Virus record (IMG/VR): IMGVR_UViG_2711768056_000005
Strand: one strand, 5' to 3'
DNA: 64,000 nt
DNA from: a virus
Taxonomy: Duplodnaviria; Heunggongvirae; Uroviricota; Caudoviricetes
Positions within the stretch are counted from its first letter, which is position 1; every line of letters starts with the position of its first letter. Below are positions 1-10,099 of this stretch, piece by piece. The position numbers and the translations under genes were made by a program. The notes under the pieces were generated by a model. The model saw only the letters and a program-made list of their open reading frames with translations, was not told the origin of the DNA and did no database searches.

Positions 1-4
1 GCCG

Positions 5-30
5 AGTTCTCTTAAACCAAGCTTTAGGAT
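5..30. other. Putative cix-like crossover site for Cin at the 3' end of cin (TTCTCTTAAACC-AA-GCTTTAGGATTGAA); invertible C segment would lie left of the window
   Basis: Resembles Gin/Hin-family crossover half-sites (TTnnnnnAAACC) flanking a 2-bp core; overlaps the cin stop codon. Confidence 0.35.
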
Positions 31-584
31 TGAAATGATGACGCCGGAAACTTCTTATAAAGCGTGGAAACAGCCACATCATAGATGATTGCAACTTGCT
101 TACGGGGGATACCCTTCTCCAGCAATCGCCGCATTTGCTGCCATGTTTCTTCTTGGTATTTAGGCCGACGCCCTCCTATCCGACCTTCCGCGCGAGCTGC
201 ATCAAGTCCAGCGCGTGTACGTTCAACGATAAGCTCACGTTCCATTTCGGCTAGCGCCCCCATTACGTGAAAGAAAAAGCGCCCCATTGGTGTACTGGTG
301 TCGATGGAGTCAGTGAGACTCCGGAAGTTAATGCCTCTGTCACGCAGTTCTTCCACCAGCACAACTAAGTGACGCATGCTGCGCCCAAGACGATCTAACT
401 TCCATACGACCAGGGTGTCACCTCTGGAAAGCATACGGAGAACCTTTTTTAACCCAGGGCGTTCAGCCTTTTTGCCGCTCGCCTTGTCCTCAAAAATTAG
501 CTCACATCCTGCGCTTTCAAGGGCATTTCGTTGCAAAGCAGTGTTTTGTTCATTTGTTGATACGCGCACATAGCCAATTAGCAT
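24..584 (-). CDS. cin: Cin DNA invertase (serine recombinase, Hin/Gin/Cin family)
   Basis: 186 aa; N-terminal MLIGYVRVSTNEQ catalytic-serine motif, resolvase fold, C-terminal HTH; matches P1 Cin length. Confidence 0.93.
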   Translation of the reverse strand: MLIGYVRVSTNEQNTALQRNALESAGCELIFEDKASGKKAERPGLKKVLRMLSRGDTLVVWKLDRLGRSMRHLVVLVEELRDRGINFRSLTDSIDTSTPMGRFFFHVMGALAEMERELIVERTRAGLDAARAEGRIGGRRPKYQEETWQQMRRLLEKGIPRKQVAIIYDVAVSTLYKKFPASSFQS

Positions 585-711
585 ATTTTCTGCTCACCAT
601 AGTTATTCATAGCAAGCTGCGGATTTTAATTAACAGAAACCAGTGTGTGTGGAAATCACAAAGTGCATACCGTGTCCCAATGATGTTTTATTAAAAAGAG
701 GGGATACTTTA

Positions 712-990
712 ATGTTTGATTTTACAATAATTTTTATAACCATCCTTGGAGGGGTGCATTCGTTTCTGAATGGGGTTCGTGAAAAACGTTACGAAGCGTC
801 ATGCAGGCAATTGCTGGCCGAGTGTCTTGCTGCCGTACTTGCAGGCTTTATAGGCATGTGTTTCGCGGAATATAAGGGTATGGATGAAAGTCTTCAGAAT
901 TGCGTGATTCTTATTTTCAGTGTCAATAGCAGGTCTGTTCTTGAAGATTACAAAATCCTCTTGAAGTGGCTTGTCTTTTATGCAGCATGA
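712..990 (+). CDS. Small holin-like membrane protein (two predicted TM helices)
   Basis: ORF 643-990; ATG at 712 preceded by GAGGGG RBS; hydrophobic segments FDFTIIFITILGGV and AAVLAGFIGMCF. Confidence 0.45.
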   Translation: MFDFTIIFITILGGVHSFLNGVREKRYEASCRQLLAECLAAVLAGFIGMCFAEYKGMDESLQNCVILIFSVNSRSVLEDYKILLKWLVFYAA

Positions 991-1046
991 CCGGTTGAGA
1001 AGTTACTTTGCATACCATTACCTCCTGACAACGTAGGAGGGAACTT

Positions 1047-1376
1047 GTGCTTGACACACAGGAATTAGCTCCAGTTGCTATTGCGCTCCTGCTTTCAGTA
1101 ATTGGTGGGATAGGCACGTTCCTGATGGATGTCCGAGACGGTCGCCAGTCTGGCAATTTGTTGGGATTGGTTACGGAGATCTTTGTTGCAGTGACAGCTG
1201 GCGCGGTGGCGTACCTATTGGGGCAACACGAGGGCTGGGAGTTATCAATTACGTACTTAATGGTAACGATAGCCAGCAATAACGGTCATGAGGTGATTTC
1301 AGGGATGAAACGAGTGAATATCGATAGCATTCTGAATGTTCTTACAAGTTTGGTGAAAAAGGGAGGTGGGAAATGA
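1047..1376 (+). CDS. lydA: Holin-like membrane protein, LydA-like
   Basis: 109 aa, GTG start after AGGAGGG RBS; two or three TM helices; position at head of darA operon. Confidence 0.5.
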   Translation: MLDTQELAPVAIALLLSVIGGIGTFLMDVRDGRQSGNLLGLVTEIFVAVTAGAVAYLLGQHEGWELSITYLMVTIASNNGHEVISGMKRVNIDSILNVLTSLVKKGGGK

Positions 1377-1816
1377 TTGGCTGGGGTGTATGCGTTCTTG
1401 CGTTAGCCTTAGCCGATCGCTATTTGCTAAAACGCAAAGACATCACGCATTTAGAACTTGGTGATGTGGAAATTAAACAGGGCTTCATCCGGGTGCCGTT
1501 CAAATACCGGTCTAAATTCCCGTTTTTGCGCGGCGCAACGGTCAGATATTGGATCCGCGATGTTCAGAAGCCAACGACAGTGATTGAAGGCGAACAACGT
1601 TGTCTGACGTCGGCTGAACAGGGCGAAAACAGTGAATGGTTGTACATACCCACTGAATATATGGGTAAAGGAGAGCGACTGTGGCATTTCAACGTCATGG
1701 TTACGCATGGCGACTCGTTCATTAACCCGTTGTATCGGATTTTCCCTGTTACTCAGCAAATCCGCAGAAGTTACGTAATAAATCTCGCACAGGATGTGTC
1801 AGATGACGAAAAATAA
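1373..1816 (+). CDS. lydB: LydB-like (antiholin candidate)
   Basis: 147 aa, start overlaps preceding stop (ATGA); position and size match P1 lydB. Confidence 0.45.
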   Translation: MIGWGVCVLALALADRYLLKRKDITHLELGDVEIKQGFIRVPFKYRSKFPFLRGATVRYWIRDVQKPTTVIEGEQRCLTSAEQGENSEWLYIPTEYMGKGERLWHFNVMVTHGDSFINPLYRIFPVTQQIRRSYVINLAQDVSDDEK

Positions 1817-2405
1817 GTATGCAACGGTCGATTTTGACCAGGTTAATGAAAAGGGGCTGAAATCCCTTATCGCGGCGATCAATAAAACCGGTGTTACGGT
1901 AATTGAGGTTGACTCCAGCAACCGAGCAACAACGAAAGATGGCGTTAAAGTTAAAACCGCAAAGCTGGTTCTTAACGACGGACAAATTCTTGCCATACAG
2001 GTAAACGATACTGGCGATATATCGTCTGTGAAGCTGAATGGAAAAGCTATTCCTAACGCTCAGTCGCCGGATATCAAGACGCTTGGTACCGTCATGGGAC
2101 AGGCGGCCCGCAAAAACTCCGCAAAATTCCAGAAATCACTGATCGCCAAAGCGAAGCGTGTTGCCAATCCGGTAGACAAGAAACCGGCAGTTAAATCCAA
2201 CTTTCAGCGCCTGCAAGAAGCAAAACAGCGGAATGCTCAGGTGGTTGCCGCTTATAAGTCCGCGCAGAATTCGGTGTTTTTCAATCAACAGCAGATCACT
2301 GATTTGCGGGCGAAGCTGGATAAGGAGACGGGCCGACTCAATAACGAAAAGGCACGGAATGGCGAACTCAAACGTCGTCTTAAGCAACTGAAAGCAGGAA
2401 ATTAA
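1794..2405 (+). CDS. hdf: Hdf-like protein (shares NSAKFQ...LIAKAKR motif with DarA)
   Basis: 203 aa; internal motif AARKNSAKFQKSLIAKAKRV echoes DarA LAEKNSAKFQRAQKKKKAL; alternative start at 1803. Confidence 0.55.
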   Translation: MCQMTKNKYATVDFDQVNEKGLKSLIAAINKTGVTVIEVDSSNRATTKDGVKVKTAKLVLNDGQILAIQVNDTGDISSVKLNGKAIPNAQSPDIKTLGTVMGQAARKNSAKFQKSLIAKAKRVANPVDKKPAVKSNFQRLQEAKQRNAQVVAAYKSAQNSVFFNQQQITDLRAKLDKETGRLNNEKARNGELKRRLKQLKAGN

Positions 2406-2406
2406 C

Positions 2407-4326
2407 ATGGAACAGTTCAATATCAATAAAGGGGTGACGATCAAGCCTGGGCTTGACGTGCTTCCCCCGCCAGTGACTGATGATGAATATCGCGCATTAA
2501 TGGCCGGTGAGGACCGCTATCTGATGACGGAATCCAACACCCTGGAGGAAATCGAGGCTACGTTCTTCTATGACACGCCGATCCACTGGTGTGCTACGGA
2601 TTTACTGGAGGCGATTAGTTCTACTCGTTTGCAGTTACACCGGACCATGCAGGCATTTGTCCGGGCATTGAACCAGAAGCTGAATGGTACCGGAATCTCT
2701 GCGGGGAGTGATAAAACGGGGGATGTGGCCCAGAGCGGCGCGCGCGCGATCGGCGGCGCTGAAATTGGTCGGGCACGTAACGTTAACGGACTGCCGGTCC
2801 TGCCAGCCATTATTCCGCTCAGTGATGGTCAGACTATCAGCATTCTGTTTCATAGCCCGACAGCGGAAAACCGGATCACCAATAGCGATACGCTGGTTGC
2901 TTTCCAGTTCTTACTGAATAAAAAAGACGTTACTCACACCGTTGCTCCGATGAGTGGACGTGATATGACGCTGGCGCAGGTCACCATGAAACTTGCAAAC
3001 CTTGCAGAGAAAAACTCGGCAAAATTCCAGCGTGCGCAGAAGAAGAAAAAAGCCCTGGTTGATGAAATAACCCAACTACAGGCTGACAGTGACCAGAAAG
3101 AGGATGCCATGAGCGACCTCGCGGATCAGGTGGCAGCGGTAGAAGGCCAGAAGGCAGATCTGGAGCAGAAAATTAACGCGGTTGCTTCGGAAGCGGATTC
3201 TCTTTATCAAGAAAATGAGCGTTTGCAGGCGGAGATTGATCAGTTCAATCGCACTGGTAGGCGCGATACCATTGCTCCTGCGGGGATGACTGGTGGGCAC
3301 TCTCGCGCGCTGACGGATCGCCTTGCCAGTATCAAAAATCGTATGCATATGGACGGGGAAGCGACGCTCAGTAATGGTGCATCAATGAAGCAATTCATTG
3401 GGGACGGCGAAGGGTATATCCAGTTAACCGATCCGGATGGCAGCGTGTACATGATCAAGGCTAAATCCATACAGGGTGTGGACATGGCAGATGCGATCGG
3501 CAAGCTGTTTAAAGCCTATAAAGCGGGTAATGTATCGGAATATCTGGTCCAGCCAGAAGAACATAAACCGGAAAACGTCGAACCTGAACCAGCGGAGGAT
3601 ACCGGTAGCTCTTCGCCTGAACCAGAAGTCTCTGTAGGTGCATATCGATATGCCCTGCAAATGCGTCCGGCGGCCCCTGGCGCAATACCTGAAGGTAACA
3701 AAGCAATTCTGCCGCGCCCTGATGAAGGTGACCCGTATTATGAATATGCTCGCTACGGCATTGCTACTTACGATACCCCGCTTTCTGATCAGCAAATGAG
3801 TGAGTACGATCTGAAGTTATTGCCTCGCGAGGATTCTTTCGACTTCCTGGCGAAGACACTTACTAATGGTCCGTTTGGCAAATATGCACAAAAAGCTCTG
3901 GAGCTGGCCACCAGCTCACCAGACGAGTTTCGCGTAATGCTGAAAACTCAGTTTCAAAAAACTTTCCCCAATATTGCGTTTCCTGGGGGCGCTGGCACCG
4001 AGAAAATGGTGCAGAGCATGATCAATGCATTGCAGGCCGAAGTCGGTGATATTACTCAGCCAGAACCGGCCCCGGCACAGCCTGATGAAACGGTTAGCGA
4101 AGCAGATGCAGAGGCTAATAAAGCCATTGAATATCTCAATAACGTGATGGATATGCAAAGCACTGACATGGCGGAGATCCGTAACGCCCGGGGCAATGCC
4201 CGGGAAGCGATTGCAGCCCTTCAGGCTGCCGGACGTTTTGAGGAAAACGAAGAGCTGGTTAACGGCGCAGCTCGCCACCTGGCTGATCTGCTGGTAGCAA
4301 TCCAGAAAGCGGGGGTAGCGGCATGA
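2407..4326 (+). CDS. darA: DarA antirestriction / head-internal protein
   Basis: 639 aa, coiled-coil central region, immediately downstream of hdf; P1 darA operon synteny. Confidence 0.7.
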   Translation: MEQFNINKGVTIKPGLDVLPPPVTDDEYRALMAGEDRYLMTESNTLEEIEATFFYDTPIHWCATDLLEAISSTRLQLHRTMQAFVRALNQKLNGTGISAGSDKTGDVAQSGARAIGGAEIGRARNVNGLPVLPAIIPLSDGQTISILFHSPTAENRITNSDTLVAFQFLLNKKDVTHTVAPMSGRDMTLAQVTMKLANLAEKNSAKFQRAQKKKKALVDEITQLQADSDQKEDAMSDLADQVAAVEGQKADLEQKINAVASEADSLYQENERLQAEIDQFNRTGRRDTIAPAGMTGGHSRALTDRLASIKNRMHMDGEATLSNGASMKQFIGDGEGYIQLTDPDGSVYMIKAKSIQGVDMADAIGKLFKAYKAGNVSEYLVQPEEHKPENVEPEPAEDTGSSSPEPEVSVGAYRYALQMRPAAPGAIPEGNKAILPRPDEGDPYYEYARYGIATYDTPLSDQQMSEYDLKLLPREDSFDFLAKTLTNGPFGKYAQKALELATSSPDEFRVMLKTQFQKTFPNIAFPGGAGTEKMVQSMINALQAEVGDITQPEPAPAQPDETVSEADAEANKAIEYLNNVMDMQSTDMAEIRNARGNAREAIAALQAAGRFEENEELVNGAARHLADLLVAIQKAGVAA

Positions 4327-4688
4327 CACTATCAGCTATTGAGTTAATGGACCTCAGCGATAAGTTGGATGCTCTGATGTCCAAAGCGGCTACCGCGAGT
4401 GGCATGGAGTTGCTGGATATCAGCGATGAAATTGACCAGATCATGCAACAGATGGGGTACGGCGCGTCTGGCGACGGTAGTGGCGAGGAGAAACAACCTT
4501 CGGAACATGATGGTGTGCCAAAACTGGTTGCTGATTTCCTGGCTGATAAATTCGTCGATCAGAGCACTGATGCATTTATCGGTACGTTACAGGACTTGAG
4601 TCAATATGTTGGCACATACATCGACCTGGACCAGGTTAAACAGCACACGGCGGCATGGATAGCCGCCAACGTTAAAGAGGCAGCATAA
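4323..4688 (+). CDS. ddrA: DdrA-like small acidic protein
   Basis: 121 aa, translationally coupled to darA (ATGA overlap). Confidence 0.5.
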   Translation: MTLSAIELMDLSDKLDALMSKAATASGMELLDISDEIDQIMQQMGYGASGDGSGEEKQPSEHDGVPKLVADFLADKFVDQSTDAFIGTLQDLSQYVGTYIDLDQVKQHTAAWIAANVKEAA

Positions 4689-4700
4689 GGCGTAACAGGG

Positions 4701-7688
4701 ATGAGCTTAAGCGATCAGGTGGTGATGGCCACCAGCATAGAAACGCTGATCGAGCTGCTAAAAAACCTGCCCGATTATGGGCGGGTTTCGTATGTGGTGA
4801 CAGCGAAGGGAGACGAGGTAAAAACAGCGTTTGATATCGTCGATGCCTCAGCTCTTTTGGTATCCAATACTCTGGACGGGAAAATTAATCCGGACTATCC
4901 CCAGGAACTTCAGCCGCGCGACCGGACCCGCGCATCCAGCCTTCTTCAGGTTAACCAGATATCCAAGGATTTGCGGCCTGCTCAGCTTACCGATTCCGGT
5001 TTATCCAGCCATGGAGCGCCGATAATTGGTGAGGACAATGCCGTTGAGTCAGGTAATGGACGAACCATGGGGATCATTAAAGCCTATCAGGACGGCAATG
5101 CGGATCGGTATCGGGAGTACCTGATTGAACATGCGAGCGAATTCGGCATACGTCCTGAAAAGGTTGAATCAATGACGGCTCCGGTACTGGTGCGCCGCCG
5201 GTTAACTAAGGTTGACCGCGTTCAGTTTGCCAAAGACTCAAATATTTCTGATCTTCAGGAAATGGCAGCCAGTGAAAAGGCTTTTGTTGATGCCGACAGC
5301 ATAACACCGGCGATGATGGCGCTGTTTAATCCGTCAGAAAGCGGAGATCTGCTTAGCCGCAGTAATGACGCGTTTATTCGCGGATTCATGACGCAAGTTG
5401 GTGCCACACAGGCTGCTGGCCTTGTAACGGAAGATGGGCGACCAACGCGGCAACTTGTTGACCGTATACAAAACGCGATCTTTGCCAAGGCATATAAGGA
5501 TGCGCGCCTGGTAAGGATGGTTGCAGAAGAACCTGATCCGGATATGCGTAATGTTCTGACGGCGCTTAATGCGGCGGCCAATGATTTTGTACAGATGCAG
5601 GCTTTATCAGGAGAAGCGCACAAGCAGGCTGTGACAACTATCGTTGATGGTATTGAAACAGCGGATAGCCTCGATAAAAAGGCGCTGGCGGCATTGAAAG
5701 ATGCGGTAGACCTGGTAAGGCAATCGAAGGAGTCAGGCCAACATATTATCGATGTTATTGCTCAGGGGGATATGTTCAGCGAAACGGCCCCGGAAGTGAA
5801 AGCACTCGCGTTGTTCATCGTCGCGAATAACCGTAGTGCGAAGCGTATGGCCACCGCCTTTAAATTGATGGCTCAACGTATCAATGATGAGTTACAGCAC
5901 CAGGGCCAGGCGCTCGGGGATATGTTTGGCGGCGGCGATGTGTCGTTACAGGATATCCTTCGCCAGGTATCTCAGGAACTGGAAAACGAAGGTATGCAAG
6001 GGATATCCGGCGGTCTTTTCGAGTCAGCTTCCGGCGGTAGTTACAACGGTGTTGCTCCATATACCAGCTTGCTATTACATCGGGCATCCGGCATCAAAGA
6101 CATTATTCATCTGATCAGGCTGCTATCCCGCACCGATCCCCAGGATGAGCAGCTTGTACAAGTGCTTGCGCATTTTGTCCGAATGCCTGTTGCCGACGTA
6201 AAAAAATGGTGCCGATTATTCGGTATCAGCAATTCGTTACTTCGCGGATTGTTAAATCACGCATCCTCCCTTGGGCGCGACGGCTTTGATGAGATAGCGC
6301 AGGCGATAAAAAACGGAGATATGCCACCAGCTATTGACTGGTTTTCCATTCGCCCAACCAGGGTGAAAGCATTCCTTAGCGCGGCGCAATCAGCATCACC
6401 ATTGGCAGAAATGGTTCAGAGGTTGTCGCTCATATTCACAGATCATACCGCGTTGGGTGATCTGACTCTTGACGAGATGAAAGAAGCCTCCATTCAGTGG
6501 GCCGATCAACAAAATGAGGTTAACTCTGACTTCTTGCCAGCATTCAGGAAGGCCGTTAGTAAAGCGGATGATGCCCGTGGAATTCTGAAGGCATTTAAGG
6601 CATTGCAAAGTCGGGTTAATAAACATGTCGGTGATATCGATGGAGTAACGGCGGAAGGCAGGGATATCCTTAAAGAGCACGGCATAACGCCAGAGTTTAT
6701 TGATGAGATCAGGACGGATATGCAGCGTGAGGTCGTATCGTCCCTGCAAATTGTAGCCAGGGCGTTGGCGGATGCTAATCCGAAGAGTGCGGCCATTGTT
6801 AACCGGGTTATTGGTGATATTGAAGCATCGGAGGGCATGGGGGCGCTGAAACTCTTCCTTTCGCGAGCGTTTAATCCTAACGGCAATATTCTCCCTGGCA
6901 TTATTGGTGAGGCTAAAAAGTATGTCAGTGAAGAAGAACTTGAGCAGCTTGACCAACTACTTAAGCGATTCTCATATAACCCGCAGACACGCTGGCAAAT
7001 GAATCAGCGAAGTATGGGGTCGGTCCACGAGAAAGTGTTATCTGCCATGAACAGTGCGATCGCAAACTCATCCGTATCTGAAGAAAAAGCTCTTGAGTGG
7101 GCCGACTCTTTTATCACGGAAGAAGTGGAAGAAGCCCGCGCTGGACAGAATGGTGGGATAGACCTGCGCAAGGAACTTGCTGATATTTATCGCCTGACCG
7201 GCGGGAAAATATCGACCTTATCAAAGGTGATTCACCACCAGGGAAGGGCATATGCAAATCTAAATGGTGTTGTTGCTGTCAATTTGAACGATGAAAATGC
7301 AAGTGCACTGTGGCACGAGCTGGGTCATCATCTTGAGTACAGTAACCCTGGTTTGTTAGAGAAAGCCCGGTCATTCCTGAAGGCCAATGTTGAAGGGGAT
7401 AAGCCATCATTCGTCAATATCGGTGGGCGTGGCAAGCCTGAATGGTGCTTCAGATCTCGATTGAGTGATATTTATATGGCGAAGGTATACCCGCCTGTCT
7501 CAGTGAGTAATTCTGGTAAATTTCGACACAAATCTCCGACAATTTCCAAAACGTCAGCAACGGAAGTGTTCTCTATGGCTCTTCAGTTGTATCATGACAA
7601 AGAGGCCGCTGCCGCATCACTGATGAATGGTGACGGATTGCTGGAACTGTTATTAGGTGTGGCAAAGGAGCTAAATAATGCAGATTAA
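4701..7688 (+). CDS. ddrB: DdrB-like large protein of darA operon
   Basis: 995 aa ORF following ddrA; size and position consistent with P1 DdrB. Confidence 0.55.
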   Translation: MSLSDQVVMATSIETLIELLKNLPDYGRVSYVVTAKGDEVKTAFDIVDASALLVSNTLDGKINPDYPQELQPRDRTRASSLLQVNQISKDLRPAQLTDSGLSSHGAPIIGEDNAVESGNGRTMGIIKAYQDGNADRYREYLIEHASEFGIRPEKVESMTAPVLVRRRLTKVDRVQFAKDSNISDLQEMAASEKAFVDADSITPAMMALFNPSESGDLLSRSNDAFIRGFMTQVGATQAAGLVTEDGRPTRQLVDRIQNAIFAKAYKDARLVRMVAEEPDPDMRNVLTALNAAANDFVQMQALSGEAHKQAVTTIVDGIETADSLDKKALAALKDAVDLVRQSKESGQHIIDVIAQGDMFSETAPEVKALALFIVANNRSAKRMATAFKLMAQRINDELQHQGQALGDMFGGGDVSLQDILRQVSQELENEGMQGISGGLFESASGGSYNGVAPYTSLLLHRASGIKDIIHLIRLLSRTDPQDEQLVQVLAHFVRMPVADVKKWCRLFGISNSLLRGLLNHASSLGRDGFDEIAQAIKNGDMPPAIDWFSIRPTRVKAFLSAAQSASPLAEMVQRLSLIFTDHTALGDLTLDEMKEASIQWADQQNEVNSDFLPAFRKAVSKADDARGILKAFKALQSRVNKHVGDIDGVTAEGRDILKEHGITPEFIDEIRTDMQREVVSSLQIVARALADANPKSAAIVNRVIGDIEASEGMGALKLFLSRAFNPNGNILPGIIGEAKKYVSEEELEQLDQLLKRFSYNPQTRWQMNQRSMGSVHEKVLSAMNSAIANSSVSEEKALEWADSFITEEVEEARAGQNGGIDLRKELADIYRLTGGKISTLSKVIHHQGRAYANLNGVVAVNLNDENASALWHELGHHLEYSNPGLLEKARSFLKANVEGDKPSFVNIGGRGKPEWCFRSRLSDIYMAKVYPPVSVSNSGKFRHKSPTISKTSATEVFSMALQLYHDKEAAAASLMNGDGLLELLLGVAKELNNAD

Positions 7689-7989
7689 AATCGCAGCGCC
7701 ATTAGGCGGAGATGCCATTATCGAATTTGATGATAATGAAGAAGTTTCCGGGCGTTTAAGCATTATCTCCGGTGACATTACCGAGGACATGATCGCTGAA
7801 GCCATAGCTGGGGCAAATCCCAATAGCTATATGGGATTCGTTAACACCCTTGATGCTCCCGCAAGTGATGTTCTCCGAACGCTGCATCTTTACGCTGGCT
7901 GGTTTGTTGATTGGCCAGCAGTAGATGGTGGCGATGAGGACGACGACGACGATGATTTTGGTGATCATGTAGACCAGATCGTATATTGA
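7678..7989 (+). CDS. Hypothetical protein with poly-Asp C-terminus (last gene of darA operon)
   Basis: 103 aa; C-terminal DGGDEDDDDDDFGDH; overlaps ddrB stop. Confidence 0.45.
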   Translation: MQIKIAAPLGGDAIIEFDDNEEVSGRLSIISGDITEDMIAEAIAGANPNSYMGFVNTLDAPASDVLRTLHLYAGWFVDWPAVDGGDEDDDDDDFGDHVDQIVY

Positions 7990-7992
7990 AGA

Positions 7993-8019
7993 AATCCCGC
8001 CAATTGGCGGGATTTTTAC
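7993..8019. terminator. Bidirectional rho-independent terminator between darA operon and convergent gene
   Basis: 10-bp stem AAATCCCGCC/GGCGGGATTT with AATT loop followed by T-run. Confidence 0.6.
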
Positions 8020-8020
8020 C

Positions 8021-9115
8021 TCACGAGAAACTCTTTTCTGATGTCAGCCAACAGTGCTCGTGCATATCTCTTGGTGGTTTTTCGACAAATGCCTCTTCAG
8101 CCACATCCTGCCAGGGGATTTGTTTAGCCCATTCAGCTATAGCGTTATGGTTTGCCGAGAATAACGGTATTGTATAGGCCTTCAGCCAGTCTAATGTGCT
8201 GGAGTTGTGTTTTTGTGCGTGATGTTTCGCATGGTGTTTGGCGATCACGAGCGTAGGCACTACCCATTTACTACCGTCAGTCATTGTGAAGTGCATATTA
8301 CGGGGCACAGATGATTTTTCCATCAACTCGCGGACACCGGGAAATTCCCCTTTGATCAATCGGCGATATTTATCGCTATTGCACCCACCAAACTCTTTGG
8401 CTTTGTATTCAAGATATGCTTCAGAAACGAGAGGTGAATCCTCTGTGCTGAGAGTTATAGCCGTGAAAATACCAGCAGGATTGTTCTCACTATGGGCCAA
8501 CCGGTGATGCGAATCATAAAAATACCCTTTCTCTCGTTCCGATGGTTTCGACAGCAACAGCAGGCGCGAATCATAACCGGTCAAATTGCCTGTTATCACA
8601 GCATGAGCGCGGTCGCTGATTTCTGCCGCGTTAATAACGATGAAAAGATCATGCGGCCCAGTAAAACCAGCCAGAGATTCTTCGTTATTCAGACAATAGT
8701 TTAAATACACACATCCCCATGCTTCACTGATATGTACCAACCCTTTTTCAGGGTGCAGTTTGAAATGATTGCCAAGAAAAGGGTGTTTCTTGATAACCTG
8801 CGCCCAATAACAGCACATATAGTCAATTATATTGTTTCGACTATCGTTAATAGCAGGAGAAACAACCACTGTACGGGAACACGAATACAGTATTGTTTGC
8901 AGGATGCTAATCACTGCCACAATAGAGGTTTCCCCAATACCATGTGGTGTGGTGGCAGTGACTTTGGCTCCGGTGTTCTTTATCGCGTTAATAATTTTTG
9001 CCTGATGAGGTGTTAACTCAATATCAAGCAACTCTTTTGCTGCCAGTTCCCAATTGTCTTTATACCGTTCTATCAGTGCTAACCAGGCAGATTCATTCTG
9101 TATACGATTAATCAC
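8021..9115 (-). CDS. Paralog of terminase large subunit PacB ATPase domain (no nuclease domain)
   Basis: 364 aa; colinear similarity to PacB 28675-30159 in this window (TPHGIGETS vs SGHGTGKSD; YFYDSHHRLA vs [10 protein letters not shown]; FTAITLSTEDSPLV vs [14 protein letters not shown]). Confidence 0.7.
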   Translation of the reverse strand: MINRIQNESAWLALIERYKDNWELAAKELLDIELTPHQAKIINAIKNTGAKVTATTPHGIGETSIVAVISILQTILYSCSRTVVVSPAINDSRNNIIDYMCCYWAQVIKKHPFLGNHFKLHPEKGLVHISEAWGCVYLNYCLNNEESLAGFTGPHDLFIVINAAEISDRAHAVITGNLTGYDSRLLLLSKPSEREKGYFYDSHHRLAHSENNPAGIFTAITLSTEDSPLVSEAYLEYKAKEFGGCNSDKYRRLIKGEFPGVRELMEKSSVPRNMHFTMTDGSKWVVPTLVIAKHHAKHHAQKHNSSTLDWLKAYTIPLFSANHNAIAEWAKQIPWQDVAEEAFVEKPPRDMHEHCWLTSEKSFS

Positions 9116-10070
9116 TTTCCACCTCTTCCGTAGTGTTTTCTTGCAGTTCTGTTAATGCAGCACGACACAGGGTCCGGGCATTGGCTATAGCCACACTTTT
9201 GACTTCATCCGTCATCGTGCAGGTAATGTACTGATCGAGTTCTTCAGCACGGATGATGCTTTTGCCAATCAGAAACTGTATTTGCCAGAGCAGATCGGCA
9301 TCCATAATCAGAATTTCTGCCGGGCCTTCAGGGCCAGCCGGGAAGGAAACATAAGACTGTTTGCCCAGGCCGATAACTCGACAACTTGCTTCAAGAATTG
9401 CGCGCTTGAGGTCTGACTTTGTAACGGAAACAGGTTGGTTATCACCAGTGATTATGCCGTTGACATGGAAGTGGAAGGGCATGTAGCTTGAAATTCGCTC
9501 TACTTTCCATACGCCAGCAAGCGATCCTTCATGCAGCACAATGGGGGTAACCGCGAGTTTCATCTCACTATATAACTGCTGGCAGATAGCTGGATTGCTG
9601 AATACATCCAAAGGTTCACACTCAAACAGCGGCGCAATCTGCATGAGGTCCATCATCGTCATACCAGTGGTACGAGCAGTAATGAATCTGCGCATTCCAG
9701 TATCCATTGTGCGCCAGATAGCTACACCATGCTTTTTGCTCACTTCTTCAGTAAAGCCAAGGTGGCACATGATGGTTTTTTCGATAGCCAGATCAGAGAT
9801 AGAAACCTTTTCGCCTGGCACTCCATCATTATTGATGGTCACTTCGACACTCTGGCCATTACGTAGGCGGTATTGAATGGTTTTAGTATTTTGTGCTGTC
9901 ATAGTCTTTTCTCTGCTTAAAAACTGATGTAGTGCGCCTTCAGGTTGGTTAGGAATGTTTTCCCACCAGCGAAAGCAATATCTCGGGGTGTTCTTTTCGT
10001 GAAAAGCGCGTGCCATTGCCAACTTTGGCGTTTGTTTGCGAGTTCGTGCTTTTGTCGGCGTCTGGACCAC
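9108..10070 (-). CDS. Hypothetical protein upstream of PacB paralog
   Basis: 320-aa ORF; true start may be internal Met near 9905 (MTAQNTK...); no recognisable motif. Confidence 0.5.
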   Translation of the reverse strand: MVQTPTKARTRKQTPKLAMARAFHEKNTPRYCFRWWENIPNQPEGALHQFLSREKTMTAQNTKTIQYRLRNGQSVEVTINNDGVPGEKVSISDLAIEKTIMCHLGFTEEVSKKHGVAIWRTMDTGMRRFITARTTGMTMMDLMQIAPLFECEPLDVFSNPAICQQLYSEMKLAVTPIVLHEGSLAGVWKVERISSYMPFHFHVNGIITGDNQPVSVTKSDLKRAILEASCRVIGLGKQSYVSFPAGPEGPAEILIMDADLLWQIQFLIGKSIIRAEELDQYITCTMTDEVKSVAIANARTLCRAALTELQENTTEEVESD

Positions 10071-10099
10071 CGCTTTTCTTTCAGTCGTTTTTTACACAT

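Noticed and set aside
6396-6956. 186-aa and 131-aa minus-strand ORFs inside ddrB
   Set aside because: Antisense within a long continuous + strand ORF; no RBS or motifs.
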